Counted from the stretch's first letter, positions 28,054-42,800 are shown. The stretch is DNA of 64,000 nucleotides from a virus (IMGVR_UViG_3300020193_000007:1-64000), one strand, 5' to 3'. Numbers and translations: made by a program. The notes: generated by a model not told the origin, from the letters alone.

Positions 28054-30522
28054 TTAAATTATCCTTGCACCAAGCTTATACCAATAAAGTATTGGAGTGG
28101 AATTTGATAGTTTATTTTTTTGCATTACTGCCTTGAGTATAATAGAATTTATTGGATTTGGAACATCTGGTTCATTATAGTAGGCTATTTGAGGTATTGT
28201 TAAATTATCGCTTAAATTTTGATTAAATGCCAGTATTTCGGGTACTCCCTCAAAGCTTCTTCCAATTGGAGATATTTTAATCCACTTGCTTCCCCCATCT
28301 ACGCTTATGTAATATTTTATGGAGGCTTCCCCAAACTTGGTCTGCGGAATATATTCTGAAACCTCTAAACTTAATAGCTCCAATTGACCGTCAATAAAAA
28401 ATGGTTTTGAAATTATTTCCGCATTGTCTCTGTAGGATTCTTTGCCAATTGAAATATCTCTTATTCCGATGCTTGCTCTTTTTGCTTTAAGGTATTCAAA
28501 ATTTCTTACAAGATTTAAAAATACCTTTTTATCTTTGACTATTGGATTTGTATTCGTTTCAACAGACATATTTGATGAAAGCGGAATATCTATAACCTTG
28601 AGGCATACTCCAAAGTTTTTTTCTATATCAGTTAAGGGGATTGGAGGAGGTGCGGGGAACTGTAAGGTTTGATAAATTCCTACCCTAAATTGTGTTGGAC
28701 TGTCTACATGTGCAACTCTAAATGTTGCCAATATATCCAGATCATCACCCCATCTATCTCTAATATAGACTTTAGAATTTACAGATAAGCCATGATTATT
28801 GACTGTTGTTATTATTAATGTTGAAGAGTTTGAATCCTCTTGTACTGTCTTCATTTTTATTCTAAGATTTTCTAATTGTTTTCCTACATCTATGGTTGGA
28901 TCAACCAACACACATGCTGTGGACGGAATACCATCGACGATTCTTTTTATGGTGGCGTCCATAGACCCTTTTTCTGCATACCAATTTGCTTTATCCCTAG
29001 TGGAAAATAGATCAATATTTAAATTACTATCTTTTTTGTACCAATAAAACGATTCTTTTCCAGAAGTCAATTTTATTTGATATTTTGAACTGCCCGTAGT
29101 AGATTCTTTTTCTGTTATCACCACTTGTTTTTGATTATTGGCAGAACTTTTATGTACCGATAAATTATCAATGGGTGGAATAACAAGGTTTTTGTCCCAA
29201 ATGGATTCATTTTTGTGTGTAGAAATTAGGGATAATGGATTAAATCTTGTTTGGTTTTTCCATTTTTGCGAAGAGCCAACCTCATATGGTGTCCAATATG
29301 CGTGTTTGATTGTTGTGTTGTTAAATTCGCTTTGTTCCAATGTAATATATATTTTATTAACTTTTATTTCATCAAAATTTACAATTCCTTTGTTATAAAA
29401 AAAGTTTTTATAATTCTGGATTGTCTTTAAAGCGATGTCGGAACCAATCACAATCGGCTCATTTTTTATCAACTCGTAAGTTTTATTGTTAGTTTCATCC
29501 AAGAGTAAAATTGATGTTACTTTTATATTTTTTATTAGAGCATTTGCGCCTTGCGTGTCATAGCCAAAAAATGGGAGTATAGATATTGTATTGACGTATT
29601 CTCCAGATTTTGAAGAGCTAGTGAACTCAATTGTTAGACTCAGCGGCTTTGAAGTATCAAATGCGGCCCAATTAATGTATTTGCCACCGCTTCCCATGCA
29701 CTGAAACTCATACTCGGGCCTATCCTGCTCGGAGCCGGAAGGTATCAATGGATTTACAACCTCAAGTCGAATAGCTTCATACTCAAAATAGGTAGCAGCA
29801 CTTTTGTCAAGCATTGAATTTTCATTTGATCTAAGTATTGATGAGTCCTTCTCATATAAAAAGGGATTATTTTTTCCGTCATTTTCAAAAATAAAATGAT
29901 TTCCCCTTAAACCATTTGATGTCTTTACAAATTTTACTTCACTTGAAATTGAGTCATTATAATTTTGATTTACAATTCTGACCTTGGCATTCCATCTGCT
30001 GGAGTTCGTTCTCGCAAGAGAAGCGTAGCCATCTGAAACATCGGGAACATATCCGGGAGTAATTTTAGAGGATTCAACCATCGACAAATCATTAAAAGAA
30101 TCGCCGAAGTATTTAATATTAATAGAAGTACCCTTGGAATAAATTTCTAAAACATCTATCTTGGATCTTACTCTGGTTAAAAATGATTTTTCAGATTCTA
30201 TTTTATTAGAAAAAAGATTAAAAGTATTAACATAATTTGCAGATAATGTATCAAATTGATTTGTAACAATATTTAGATCATTGGACAAATTAGATACAAA
30301 TTCATTGAACATTTCAGAACTTGGAATATCACCCCTGTGTAAAGTCAGTGGCTTTGACATTACGCCACCTATATTTTTGTTTATTTCCTGCAGCAGTTTT
30401 TGATATGCCTTGTCATAATCTTTTGGTGATACGTTTTTGAGATTAGAATAATCTTCAATAAATTTTTGAACCTTAGATATTATTTGGGCATACGCTAGTG
30501 TGTCTGTAGATAATTGAGCCAT
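28054..30522 (-). CDS. putative virion structural protein
   Basis: 822 aa; ubiquitin-activating-FCCH-like TVNNHGL motif, YYISVDGG..W. Confidence 0.65.
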   Translation of the reverse strand: MAQLSTDTLAYAQIISKVQKFIEDYSNLKNVSPKDYDKAYQKLLQEINKNIGGVMSKPLTLHRGDIPSSEMFNEFVSNLSNDLNIVTNQFDTLSANYVNTFNLFSNKIESEKSFLTRVRSKIDVLEIYSKGTSINIKYFGDSFNDLSMVESSKITPGYVPDVSDGYASLARTNSSRWNAKVRIVNQNYNDSISSEVKFVKTSNGLRGNHFIFENDGKNNPFLYEKDSSILRSNENSMLDKSAATYFEYEAIRLEVVNPLIPSGSEQDRPEYEFQCMGSGGKYINWAAFDTSKPLSLTIEFTSSSKSGEYVNTISILPFFGYDTQGANALIKNIKVTSILLLDETNNKTYELIKNEPIVIGSDIALKTIQNYKNFFYNKGIVNFDEIKVNKIYITLEQSEFNNTTIKHAYWTPYEVGSSQKWKNQTRFNPLSLISTHKNESIWDKNLVIPPIDNLSVHKSSANNQKQVVITEKESTTGSSKYQIKLTSGKESFYWYKKDSNLNIDLFSTRDKANWYAEKGSMDATIKRIVDGIPSTACVLVDPTIDVGKQLENLRIKMKTVQEDSNSSTLIITTVNNHGLSVNSKVYIRDRWGDDLDILATFRVAHVDSPTQFRVGIYQTLQFPAPPPIPLTDIEKNFGVCLKVIDIPLSSNMSVETNTNPIVKDKKVFLNLVRNFEYLKAKRASIGIRDISIGKESYRDNAEIISKPFFIDGQLELLSLEVSEYIPQTKFGEASIKYYISVDGGSKWIKISPIGRSFEGVPEILAFNQNLSDNLTIPQIAYYNEPDVPNPINSIILKAVMQKNKLSNSTPILYWYKLGARII

Positions 30523-30531
30523 GTCTAATCC

Positions 30532-33223
30532 TTATATGAATTTCTTTTTATATTTATTATCATACTTAAGAAAATTATTATTTATTGCAATGTCCTTGTC
30601 AAGAGAGAATTTAAATAGAAGTCTGTCGATTGAATAGTTTTCGTCCCCCTTATTGATGCTTCTTAAAATTATCCTATATCTAAAAATATTGGGTATATAT
30701 TGATAGAAAACCCTAAACGATTTGTCAATAAATTTATTAAATAAAATTGTTTGCTCAGAATGAACAAAAAGTGTAGATTCATACGAATAAAAATTCGGAA
30801 CCTGTGAGCTGGATAGGATGTAATTTGTCAGATTAATTGCATTAGATCCATCTTCAAAAATTATTTTGACTGGAGAATAGCCTGAGTAATCAAAACTGCC
30901 AAAAGAACTTTTACTTGTAGTTACCGTTCCATTAATTGATGAATAAACTGCATTGACTAATTTTTCCTGACTTATATATGGTGCGTAGGCTAGTTTGCAT
31001 GTTTTGTCTAAATTTGTTTTTTCAAACCTTTCACCATTTAAGCCGTTAAAAGATGCGTTTACCAAAACTGGATTAGCCGAGGATTTAGAAAATAAAGATA
31101 TCTCTTTGTGATTATCAATATTTTCCGGAATATACGAAACATGATATTTTTTATTTGCATTGTGATTTAATATTTGAATATTTTTTCCGTTTATATTATA
31201 AGATCCAAAAACAATCTCTGTTGAATCTCCATATAACCTAAGAGACTCTTGCCTCGGCAAAAACCTTAAGGATGCTTCCCCCCTAAGGTTTGGGAACAAT
31301 ACTTCTCCTCTGATAAATGTGTCTTGATACGGAATTATTGGCAGCCAATCTTCCTCAAAAATCGGATTATCTTTTATTGATACACTAAATTCAACTCCCG
31401 TATTATCAAATTGAGGATTATTTTCCAAATAATTTAGCTCATTAAAGTACTCTGCATACATTTTTGTTTTCATTGGAAGGCCTTCAGTCGGTATTTTTTT
31501 GCTCACAAAAAAAGACCTATTCGAAAGGGCGGATGTAGAAAAGTTTGAAGTGCTCATGGTCGTAAACTCGTTACCTTTTGAAAAGAATGATATATTTTTT
31601 ATTGAAAAAACGTATTCATACATTCCTGCGTCTTCAACATTGTCAAAAAATTCAGAAGATCTCATTGCGCTAACATGGTCGATGGAATTTTCAAGGAAGT
31701 GACTATTGTTTTCTGGCTTATTTGAATCAGATAATGGTATTATTCCTCCAGATTCATATTTGTAGACACCTTTAACTAAGTCTGTTAAATTTGATTCTAT
31801 ATAAGCTCTACTCACCATGGAGCGTAATTTTGATCCAAGAGAATAGGATACTATTGAAAACACTATATTTGACAATATAGTTGTATTTTTAAACTGATTT
31901 AAATCATCAATGTCTGAAAAGAATTTTTTGTTCTTAAATTGCTCCATCACGCCAACATTAAAATCTTCATAATCTTTAGGATAATAATCTGTATAATCAT
32001 AATAATATAATTTTTTATTTCTAGTTATATAATCAGCTGCAAAATCTTTTAAGAAATATTTAATTATCAAATCCTGTAATTTATCATGACTCTTTTTTCT
32101 TGAAGATCTTATTGCCGCAGAAATTTGATTAACCATTTTTCCATTTATTTCTGATTGAATTGGGGTTATTTTTGTCCTTAAGTAGTTACTTTGCCCAAAA
32201 AATAAAACAAGACTTTTTACAGGTTCATTTCCAGATAATTCTATGTCTACACTATTTTTAATTCTTAAAGAATTAGGAAGTAATTTATACTTACCTGAAC
32301 TAGTAGACGAAAGTGTATTTGATGAAGTAGTATTCGTAGATTGTACAAATATTTGCAAAAGGTCAAGATCATCACTTATATTTGGTGTAATGCGTATTCT
32401 GGCAATATCTTTTATTGTTTTAAATTTAATTTCAATACCTATTTGAGCTGATGGACTAATTGCATTTTCTAAATTAAAACTTGAAAAAATACTTTGATCA
32501 AATATGTTTTCTTGAATTACCATAGGCGATTTAACTGTTAGATTCCAAACATGATTTGAAGAGGAATTCAATACTTTTTCTATTCCGAGTATTGCTAGAT
32601 ATATACTCTTCTGAAAAATTCCTGTAATAAGTGATGCTTTCAATTTCGTTAATGTCTAAATTAATTAATTTTTTCTCATAATTTTCAGAATATTTTAAGG
32701 TTCCACTAAAAGAATCTACAAAACAATTCTCCCTTTGCCCAAAAGGAACTCCAGATCTATCCGGAATAATGTGCATGGCGTCTGAGTATATTTGGGAATT
32801 GGAATCATTATCAAAATTTTCTACAAAAGTATGATCATACAAGTCTTCTTCTCCGGAAAGAAAACTCCATTTATCTATATAAGATTCAAGATAGGAAATA
32901 TCTTTTTCTAATTTTTGAATTTCTCCAGAGAAAATAGAAGACATGGAAGATGTAAGTATCGATAATGTTCTTGAAATATCGTAGGTTGATTTAATTCTTA
33001 AATCGATATCTCTGAATAAGTCAATCATTGGTTCTTTTTGTATAACACTTAAGGAGTTAATCAAGCTTGGAATATAGCTTGCCGCACTAGAAAATGATCC
33101 TATTTTATTTAAAAGATTCCCTATTTGCGCCTTTTCAACAACGGATTCGGACAAAATTTCACTAACGGTCCTTCTTGATTGTCTATTGAAAGAGGATATG
33201 TTTTCGCTTAATTGAGTCAACAT
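30532..33223 (-). CDS. putative virion structural protein (896 aa); +1 frameshift at CGG (32585-32587)
   Basis: ORFs 32531-33223 and 30532-32643 join at ACT-CGG-A to read SSNT-GIEKVLNS. Confidence 0.75.
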
Positions 33224-36200
33224 TATACTGTATTCCAGTCGTTTCCGTCCATGTCCTGAATATCAAACGCGATACCGGCAGTTAAGTTCGATCTTACTAT
33301 ATTATAAACTTCTTCTTTGGAAATAAAATTGTCTTTCACTTCTTTGGGTATTTTAATTATAACATATCCACCATTGGGATATAGGTAGCCTTTACCAGAA
33401 TAAAGATCAGAAAAGTTTAATATATTTGGTTTTTGGTCCAATAATTTAGTTGTGTTCTCAAGCGGTTTTACGCCGCCACCTTTTAGTCTTAAATCTCTTA
33501 TATTGATTTGGTCAAAAGTAAATTTTTTATTCGTAGATACAGTACCAATATGAAGCGCAAGAGGATCGTAGGAAACTTTTCTTGAATTAAACAAAGAATA
33601 ATCGTAGGTAAAATTTAAAAAATTTGTTGGTTTTATAAATTGCTTTATTTCAAAATATTCACCATTTTCTATATACTCCACCCTACATGGAAGTATGTAA
33701 AAATGAGTTGGAATATCAGTCCTAATCGCGCCATTAAGGATCTCAATTTTGTCTCCGATATTGCTTTGACATGTTTGCCATAAACGGATTGCTAAGAATT
33801 TGTTTTTTATTTATACTATATACCATTATATTGGGATTCTTAACCACATAGCTTACCATTATATTTTTAGGATTAGACGGAACTATTTCGTTGTCAAAAT
33901 AAATCAATCCCAAATGTTTATTATAATTCTTGATTTGATCATCACCAACTTCTTGCCATTGATTGTTGGAATCTTTTATTTTTATGTCAACCCAACATTC
34001 AATTGATCCGGCATCTGTGTAGTAGGTGTTTATATTTGGCTTGTTGGTCAATTCTTGAGTAACATGAAATGAACCATGCCTTAGTTTTATCTCATTTCTT
34101 GATACAACAATAGGATTCTCATCTAAGATATCATAATAACCAGATCCAAATATTCCTGAAGAGGGTATTGGTATATTGGTAGTATCGTAAAAGCACCTTA
34201 CGGTTTGCCCTTTATAGTCTTTTCTCCAATCAGTATATATTCCGTTGGTTGGTATGTTAATTTTTTTATAAAATCTACCTCTGCTCAGGTTTATAAACCA
34301 ATTGTCAAATTTAGTTAGATCCTTGGGTGGGTTGGAGATTGCGATTTTAGACCTGTCGCTTAACCTGACCGAATATATAGGGCAAACCATCTTTGCCGGA
34401 AATTGAAACTCTCTCAACGTACCTGTTCTATTTTCTATTCCAATAATATTCTCAGTGGTTATGGATTCTTTGTCTGCGTCATAGGCAATCAAACCTATGT
34501 ATATATCCCTCTTATTTTTCATATAATATTGATAAGTATACTTTTTACCTAAAAACTGTCTGGTTTTTATATTGTAGAAACCCCACTGTAATCCGTCAGG
34601 TGCGGGCAGCGAGCTTCCATTTGAGTCTTTTAAATCCCATTTTAAGATTGTATTACCAAAAGAAACATCTACTGTTGTCTTCGTTGATGCATCTAGCGGT
34701 TGAATAAACTTGGAATAATTTGGTATCCCTATTGGATTTCCCAAACTATCTGTCAAAACAACAACTCCATCCTTGACATTAATTGATCTCTTTTTATCTT
34801 GCTTGCTATTCAAACCATTTACGTCTGCATCGGCAACATAATAATTTGAAACATCATATTCTTCTGAAAACTCTTGAGAATCTACCTGCACACCGTTTGT
34901 GGTAACAACCTGATATATAGGTGCCATATTTTTTAATACACTAAATTGTGAATTAACATCTGATGAACTAAGTGTTACCGTACCGGTGGGCCCGCCCGTA
35001 CGATCAACCGAAGTTATGCTCGGATTTATTCCAGAAAAACCAGTTGTTTGCGAAGGGGGTTCTATTGTATATGTCACTCCATCTCTGATGAAAACAATAT
35101 CACTATTCTTAAAACCAGTCGATGGAGTATAAATTGATGGATCATTTAAAGTATGCGTAAAATCTACAGTTACAGGCTTTCCTTCTGCGTCCAAAATTAC
35201 TTTTCCATCTTTATCTACTGCGTTTGCCCTTATATTCAATGAAGTTAAGCTAATAGAATTTATTGTAGAACCCGGATATGCGTTGGCATCGGCGGCTGAA
35301 GCCAATTTAAAAACTCCAAAATCACCAGAGGTAATATTTGTTTCTCCGGTGATTGAACCTGATGCGGTTGCAGTAAATTTAAAATTGCCACTTTCTGTTT
35401 GAGGTGGACTTCCACTTTTACCCGGAACTGGAGTGGCAATCCTGAAACTAACATCTTTAATGGAAAACCCTTCGGCGTGGGGGCCGTAGGTTTCCTTATC
35501 TTGATTTGTCAAAGATTCCCCGACAACCTCTAACATAACATATTTTATGTTCCTATTATTTGCATCTGGGACGTTTATGGAAAATTTTTCATTTGGCGAA
35601 ATCAACCTGTCAATTACAAAAGTATTTTGTGGTTTCGCCCTAGTCGCACCTTCATTGAATTCTGGAACTCTTTGCTCCCCAAGCCCAAGATCGTCTTCAT
35701 ACATCCAAACTTTTCTGACCCTAACCGGCCAACTGCCCGAAGTGATGTTGATTGCCGATATCGTTTGCCAGTCCATTTTTTCTCCAGATTGTTTTTCAAC
35801 TTCTGGAATTTCCAAAACAATATGATCAACCACCGTCGTTGGACCGGGCACTCCGGTATAGCTTATCCTTCTATATTCGGTAGATTCAGATCCGTCATAG
35901 GCACTTTGGATATCGGAATACAAGACTGCAGCTGCTATAAACTTTATTGCGTCCTTTGGTGCCCCATTTAATTGCGACTGATATTTTGATCTGTCATATT
36001 TGTATAGATTAAGCCAGTATAATCCCAAAATTGATTTAGTTTCAGAATCAACTATTGAATCTATTTTGTTTAATTTTTTCTTCGACTGAAATTGTCTAAC
36101 TGCGTCTGCCGTTTTTGCATCATATACTCCATTCAACGTAATGGCAATATTATTTTTAGAAAGAGTATATTGAACATACAATATGTAGCTTGTTGACATC

Positions 36201-39200
36201 CCTAACTTTGATTTGCCTGGAGTCGTGGTTCGAGCTCCACCGCCGCCACCTCCGCCGCCGCCGCCTTTCTCAGAGCCAGTAATACGACCACCGCCACCGC
36301 CACCTGGGGATTGGATAACTGGTTCATAAATTTGATACACATTTAAAAATCTATTAAATAATATATCAAATATGGCTATGCCAGTTGTGTCGTCGGGTAA
36401 AGAGCCGTAGTATTCCTGTAGTAGAGCCCAGCAATGTAGAAATTGCTCCTGAAAAGATTTTAGATATCTTAATCAGGCGCTCACCGACCCGTCGGTAATG
36501 GTATTCTCAAAAAGTTGTCAGTTGATTCGTATGTCTTATGTATTATGTCAATTTTCTGCTGAAGAGTAAGGGTTACCCCTAAATTTTTGACATGAAGCGT
36601 TGTAGTCAAGTTGTTTAATTTTGATTCCCAAATCAAAAACATATCCTCAAGTGTTTTGAACTCACTACGCTTACCGCCATAACCCTGAGCTGAATCGTAA
36701 AACCACCAAATCTTATCCTGATTCTGGACTTTTTTCCAAGAGTACAGTCCATTTTTTTTTGTTTTTCCGAGCTATTATGCCCTTGTTTGCAGTCGATTTC
36801 GCAATATTTGGAAAAAGAACTGTATTGTATACCTTTGCGTTATTACCACTGCTATCGTCAGACATCATCACCTGGGCCGTATCTACGCCGCCAGCAACGC
36901 CGCCACCCCCACCGCCGGGATTGGGCGACGGAGAATAGTCCTTATCTGAACCAACAGCTTTGCCAATCATATACTCATCCCAATAGCGTGTTATCGGAAG
37001 ATCATTTGTGTAATGAAAATTGTTTCTTGTGTGTGATATGTTGTCAAATTTTCTATACAAAATGTCAGTGACCGAAAAAACATTTGTTGGATACCTGTAT
37101 AAATGAAAAGGTGATTCCCTATTTTGGACTGGTATCTGCTGATACTTGGTATCATCATAAGCTCCGTAATCTGCAGCAGATCGTCCTTCCGCGATTTCCG
37201 CAATCGCATTTTTAGTAGTAACGGTTACGCCGCTTGATTCTCCATCAAGGGCCAAAGTAAAAGGACTTGACCAATTTACCTCGTAGCTAAACCTATTCGT
37301 TGTAACTTTTGTAACAAAAATCTGTGTTTTAAACTTATAGTCATAGTCTCTAACGAATTGACTTCCTGGTAAATATTCTCTTGGTGTTTTAATAACTGAA
37401 TTTACCTGAGCCAAATAGTCTGAATAGTCCAAGACTATATGGGGATAATAAATCGAATCAAGATCAAACTGTCTGGAGTAGACAATCGAGTATGCATCCA
37501 CGGACAAGCCTGATCCTGCAAGTTTGTTTTTTGCAGCACTTGAAATTTGATGTATGCTGTAGGAAGTTTTTACATTTGCAAAAATGTAATTGCTGTTATC
37601 TATTTTATCAAAGTTGAGAAATTTGACGTTATCATTTGTACACTCTATATAAAAGTCGACGTTGCTAAAGTCGGGATTTATCATCGTCGCCGCATCCACC
37701 TCATTTGAGGTTGCTTCAAAATCCTGTATCAAAAGTTCCCCTATGGAACTGTTAATTTCTCGACAAAAAAAGTTTTTCATTACCTGAAGAGTAATGCCAT
37801 CCTGCGGGGGCATTGATTCTGGCATTTTCATTCCGAACTTAAAAGCCTTTTTTTCATCATCAAACAGGACGGTAACGTCACCTTTTTCATCTGGTCTTGC
37901 ATTAATTGTCCATGAGTTTCTCCAAGGAGAAATATTCCAAACTATAACAGAATCCTCAGAATATTGCTGCCTACTGTTTACCTTGTTTTTGTTTGACTCA
38001 CAAATTATATTGTAAAACATTTTGTTTGGACCTATGACTGCCTCACTCAAAGATCCTGTTTGACTACCAGCTACTCCGACTGGAAATTTGTTTGTTGATC
38101 CATTATTTTTCCCGGAAACAAGAAGTCCACCCCCACCATAATTATCATTTATAAATGTTAGGAATGAATTAAGGCAAAAAATCGAAAATGCAGAAAATTC
38201 AGAGGCAGAATTATACTTATCCCTTAGTATTGTAGAGTACTTATTGTTTCCATCTTGTAAATAGGATATAGATCTTGCTGAACCATCTGAACTTTCCGGA
38301 CTTCCATTGAATGCTCTTATTTTGTAAATTGAATTATTAGAGAGAATGTTTTTTCTATCTCCAAATATACCAAAATTACCTATCGAAGATTCATTATATT
38401 CAGCCATGTCCCAGGCGTTGAATGATTCATCTCCATTCACGTACTCATCGACAATTTTAATTAAACCGGTGTTGTTTTCTATTGACGAAAGGGTAAAATC
38501 AAAATTACTGAGACCAGAAGCGGTAAGGCTAGCCTGATCAAGATTTGAGCAGTCAATGAATATCGAAACCCCGTTGGATAACAGTAGATCAATTGTTCTT
38601 TTTTGATGTTCATTTATTTGCTTATTCGGACTCCAAATTAAAAAATCATAAGAGAATACGTCTAAATCACTAACGTTTGTTGTCGGAGAAAAAATAGTGT
38701 CTATGTTTAATGCCCAATACAGTCTTTCGTTTTTCTTTGATCCTATATTGGCTAATGGATTTTCAAACAAGAAATTTTGTTGATTGATTACAGACTCCTC
38801 CAAGTTTGCAAAAACATATGGATTTTCTATATTTTCTATCAATCCAGAATACAGAACGGCCACATTTAATCTTGCCCTCTCTGCACTTTCGTGAATATCT
38901 TTGTTCTTGCTGAAGTTGTAGTTAATTTTTGCCAACAATCTCCAATTGAAGTTTTGAAATGTTCTAGGATCTTGTATGGCTTTTTTGGGAGTTACAATTT
39001 TCCATCCATCATCATTTGTTTTGTTTTTCAATAGCTTATTTTCTTTATGTGCAAACATTTGCGTTGAATAAACTCTTTTGTTAATCGAGCTAGGATCGAT
39101 GACTTCTGACTCTTCTACGACATAAGTGTATGCCGGAACAGCGTTAATGTACTCCCTATAGTTTAAAAACTGATTGTATGGTATCCCACTTGAATTCTTT

Positions 39201-39880
39201 TCGTATTTGTCATAAATTAAATATAGATTTACTGGATCTGGCGAATCCATCAAGACAATTATTTTATAAAAATCTAATGAAGAATTTTTTATTATGTTTG
39301 GATATTTTTCTATATGAATTCTATATTTAGGCTCGCCATACTCGTCTGCATATTTGTTTCCAGAATCATCAACTACCCTAATGTTATACCTATCTGGATC
39401 GTTAACTGCCGGAGACGTTTCGATTCCCGTATATGCTGAACCAGTTCCTGCCAGTATTGTATAAAATCTACTAACGTATACGCTGTGTGCAAACTTCAGA
39501 TCTTCAAAGTTTGAAGCGTTGGTGAAATTGTATGGTTGTTTAACTTGTTCAGTTTTATTAATAATTAAATTGCTAATAGATACTTCTGAATTTTTTACAA
39601 TTGGAGAATGTTTTGATTGATGTAATTCTGAATTGTTTTTTAAATATCTTAAAACCCCAAACTCATCTGCATACATTGAAAAGTCATCGTTTAAGGCTCT
39701 TATCTGACTGCCGTTTTCCGGTATTGTATTTGAAAGATCTAACACGGAAAGAAAGTTTTCTGGCGTGACCTCATCTGCACTATACCACCCAAGATTAACC
39801 GAATCTACCGGCAGTGAATCACCCCTTTTAATTGATGGCTCTACCTGGTCAAGGGGCAGGAGTTTGCTAAAGGATTTCAT
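33223..39880 (-). CDS. large virion protein with a peptidoglycan-binding domain (2217 aa); four +1 frameshifts at CGG (36767-36769, 36484-36486, 36405-36407, 33755-33757)
   Basis: Three ORFs and two apparent gaps become one open frame with four C skips; PG_binding_1-like GVYDAKTADAVRQFQ...L..D.IVD.ET. Confidence 0.75.
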
Positions 39881-39882
39881 TT

Positions 39883-42800
39883 TTATTCCTCTTCATAATC
39901 TGGATGCAAATTTTCATAAGTTTCAATTACATACGGCGTTGCACCCAAAAGTCCCATTTGATATTGAGTATATCTGCTGATTGGATACCATCTTGGAAGA
40001 TTCCACGTGTTTTGGAATACATCTTCATAGTAAACCTCTTGTGTTTCAAAGTCCTTTTTAAAAGAAGAATCAGTTAAATAGTGGTAATAGTTTACGTTTG
40101 CGCCCTGATATGCCGAAAGAACCGCTTCTGAAGAATTTGACTGATTAACATCATATCTCTCATACCAGTAGACTATGTCTCCAGCCACTGTATTGGGATT
40201 TACCTGAGGCAGAGTGGACATTTCGGTGTCAACCGCCACAAACCAGTAGCCCGGAGTGGCATCGTTTTGTGCCCTGTAGGGGCCAATTATAAATTCTCCA
40301 AGATCATTTGCAGTAACCATTCCCGATCTTCCGTCTTGCCCAGGTTCGGAAGAGCTGCTGCTATATTGTGTGTTGAACGCTTCAAATAAGTTTCTACCCC
40401 TTCTCCAATACACTTTTGCGTTTGGCGTTGCGGAACCGTATATGTTAATAGCCTCCTGTCCATCTGCATTAACTATCTTTTTAGTTACTTCTGCAGAAAG
40501 TTTTTCGTACGTTATTGTGACTGGCTTTATATAATAATTTACCGTAGCTGATGTTAGTGGACCATCATTATATTCCTCGTTATGCAACCCGGACACGTAC
40601 ATGTACCTAGTGCTTGGAGTTGCCACCGAATTGCCAATATAATCTACATATGCCAAGGCATATCCGTCTTGATCTGTTGTAACAAGGTTAGGGGTTGCTG
40701 CAATATTATCACCTTGAATAACATAGGGTATATACGGTTTAGGATTGTCGTTAATATCTTTGCTAAATATATTCACTGTAATCAACTCTTTATTGTTATC
40801 AAGTATTTCTTTTGGTGATATTATTACATCAACAGATTGCACTGGATAGGTTTTGTCAGCCAAATATATGTAACCCTCGTTTAATGCAGAATAGAGGGGA
40901 TTTAAAGAAATAAACGGATAAATAATATCTGAATCAAAAATAGACCCCTCATATTCTACATAAGTATCATACGCGCCGTTTGGCGTACTCAATAAAGATA
41001 CCTTTGTTCTATATGATTTGTCTATTTCATTGTAATATTGATTATCAACAGAAAAAGTATCTTTAACCCTATATTTAACCTTGTAAGTATTTCCAGATTT
41101 TATTGTTGGACTATTTATTGAATAGAATATTATTACATTTGAACTAGATGATTCATTCTCGACAATTATTTTTCCAGTATATGTGTCTACAATTGATACA
41201 TCAAAAACATTTGAGTATGCAAGAGCTAGGTAGTCGTCGTATATAGCCTTAATATATTCTATGTTGTGATAAGAAAGTTCTGCGGGATTTGTTTCGTCAG
41301 CAAAAGAAACTTGTAAATATTCTTTTTCGTTTACCCTTACTATTATGGGAGCTCCCTGTCTTGCAACTGAATTTAATACAATTTCAGATTTATTGTAGAA
41401 GCTTTGAGAATTCTGATCTGCGTAAAGATAGTATGGAGTACCGTTTTGATATATGTGTCCACTCTCTATTGTTGGATGAATTTTTTCATTTCCAACGCTA
41501 GAAACAATAGCGTATATTTTTATTCCCTTTGATATGTATTCTTCTAAAATCGGATCATAGTAGTTAAGCAGTCCGTACGGCGTTGCATCGTTTGTGCCAA
41601 CCGCCGCATCAAGATAATTGGCTTGCAGATTAGAAGAAGAATCTAAAATATTATTATCTAATGTTTCGAATATGGGAGATACATAATCAACGTCAACAAA
41701 TATGTCATCATTTTCATTAATTGCTTTGAGCGCATAAATCAGTATGTCTGAAGAATCAACTCCTTGATCAAAACCAAAATCATATCTTCTAAAATCAAAA
41801 CAACCAATTAGGCTACTGATAGTATTATTTTGTAGGTCATAATTAACCGTAGCTGAGGAAGAGACTATGCCATTATCTGATATTGAAAACTCGATTTGCT
41901 GAGTGTAGTCCGCATCAAAATTAATCCAAGTAGAATAATCAAATGGATAAAAAATGCTGGGCGTTGCAGAAACGGCTAGTAAATTTGGTGTGGCATGGTA
42001 GGGAAATTTGACATCAATAAATCGATAATTAGCGGTTGACGAATCGGTTGTATCAATATAGTGATCGTGTAAATGTGGTGTAGAAAAGTTTGGACTTATA
42101 AAATGAAATCTAATATTATCTTGTGATGACAAAAGATATTTTTTTCCATCATTTTTGTTTAATGATATTCCGCCATAACCCTGATAAGGGCTAGATGATG
42201 TGTCTAGATCATATGAATCTTCAACAACGTTTTCTATGTGAAAATAAAGCGGAATTGCTCCGTTCGGAAGAACAAAGTGTTTAATTAAATCAAAAGGTTT
42301 AATCACAAGGTCTGACTTTTTACTTATGTCATTAGAAATATTAATTTTATTTGCAAACCTATCCGATCTTATCTTGGGAGTATTAACTATTCTTGTTTTT
42401 AAGGCGTCATTAATGTTGGAGATAATTTTTAATTTTGTTGCATAAATAGAATCGTTTATTTGATTTGAAGTTTTTGAAATAGATGTAGACCCCTGATTGG
42501 AAAAGGTACTGGGAACTGAATCCAAGAAGCCTATTTTGCCATAATCTCCTGTGGTTCCTGTGGAATTTTTAGCTGAAATAAAATCAATTTGCATCGATTT
42601 TACCGCAAACAACGGTATTTCTGTAAGTGCGTATGATTCTGTCGCGTTTGCTGCAAGGGTGTTTGAATATGGCGCTCCTGCAGAATCATAGTATATAGAT
42701 TCTCCATTTGTAAATCCGGAAGGATTAAACACATTTTTAGACATATATTCGTTTATCGTTGCGTCGTATTCGTTTTTTACAAGAGATTCATATCTAGCGG

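Noticed and set aside
36232-36302. GGC/GGT trinucleotide runs as DNA repeats or slippage elements
   Set aside because: They encode in-frame poly-Gly linkers with mixed codons, and their CGG trinucleotides are out of frame.
36341-36712. Stop-codon reassignment (TAG or TGA readthrough) as the cause of split genes
   Set aside because: Most splits change frame, the one same-frame gap contains TAA stops, and TAA, TAG and TGA all end well-defined genes in the window.
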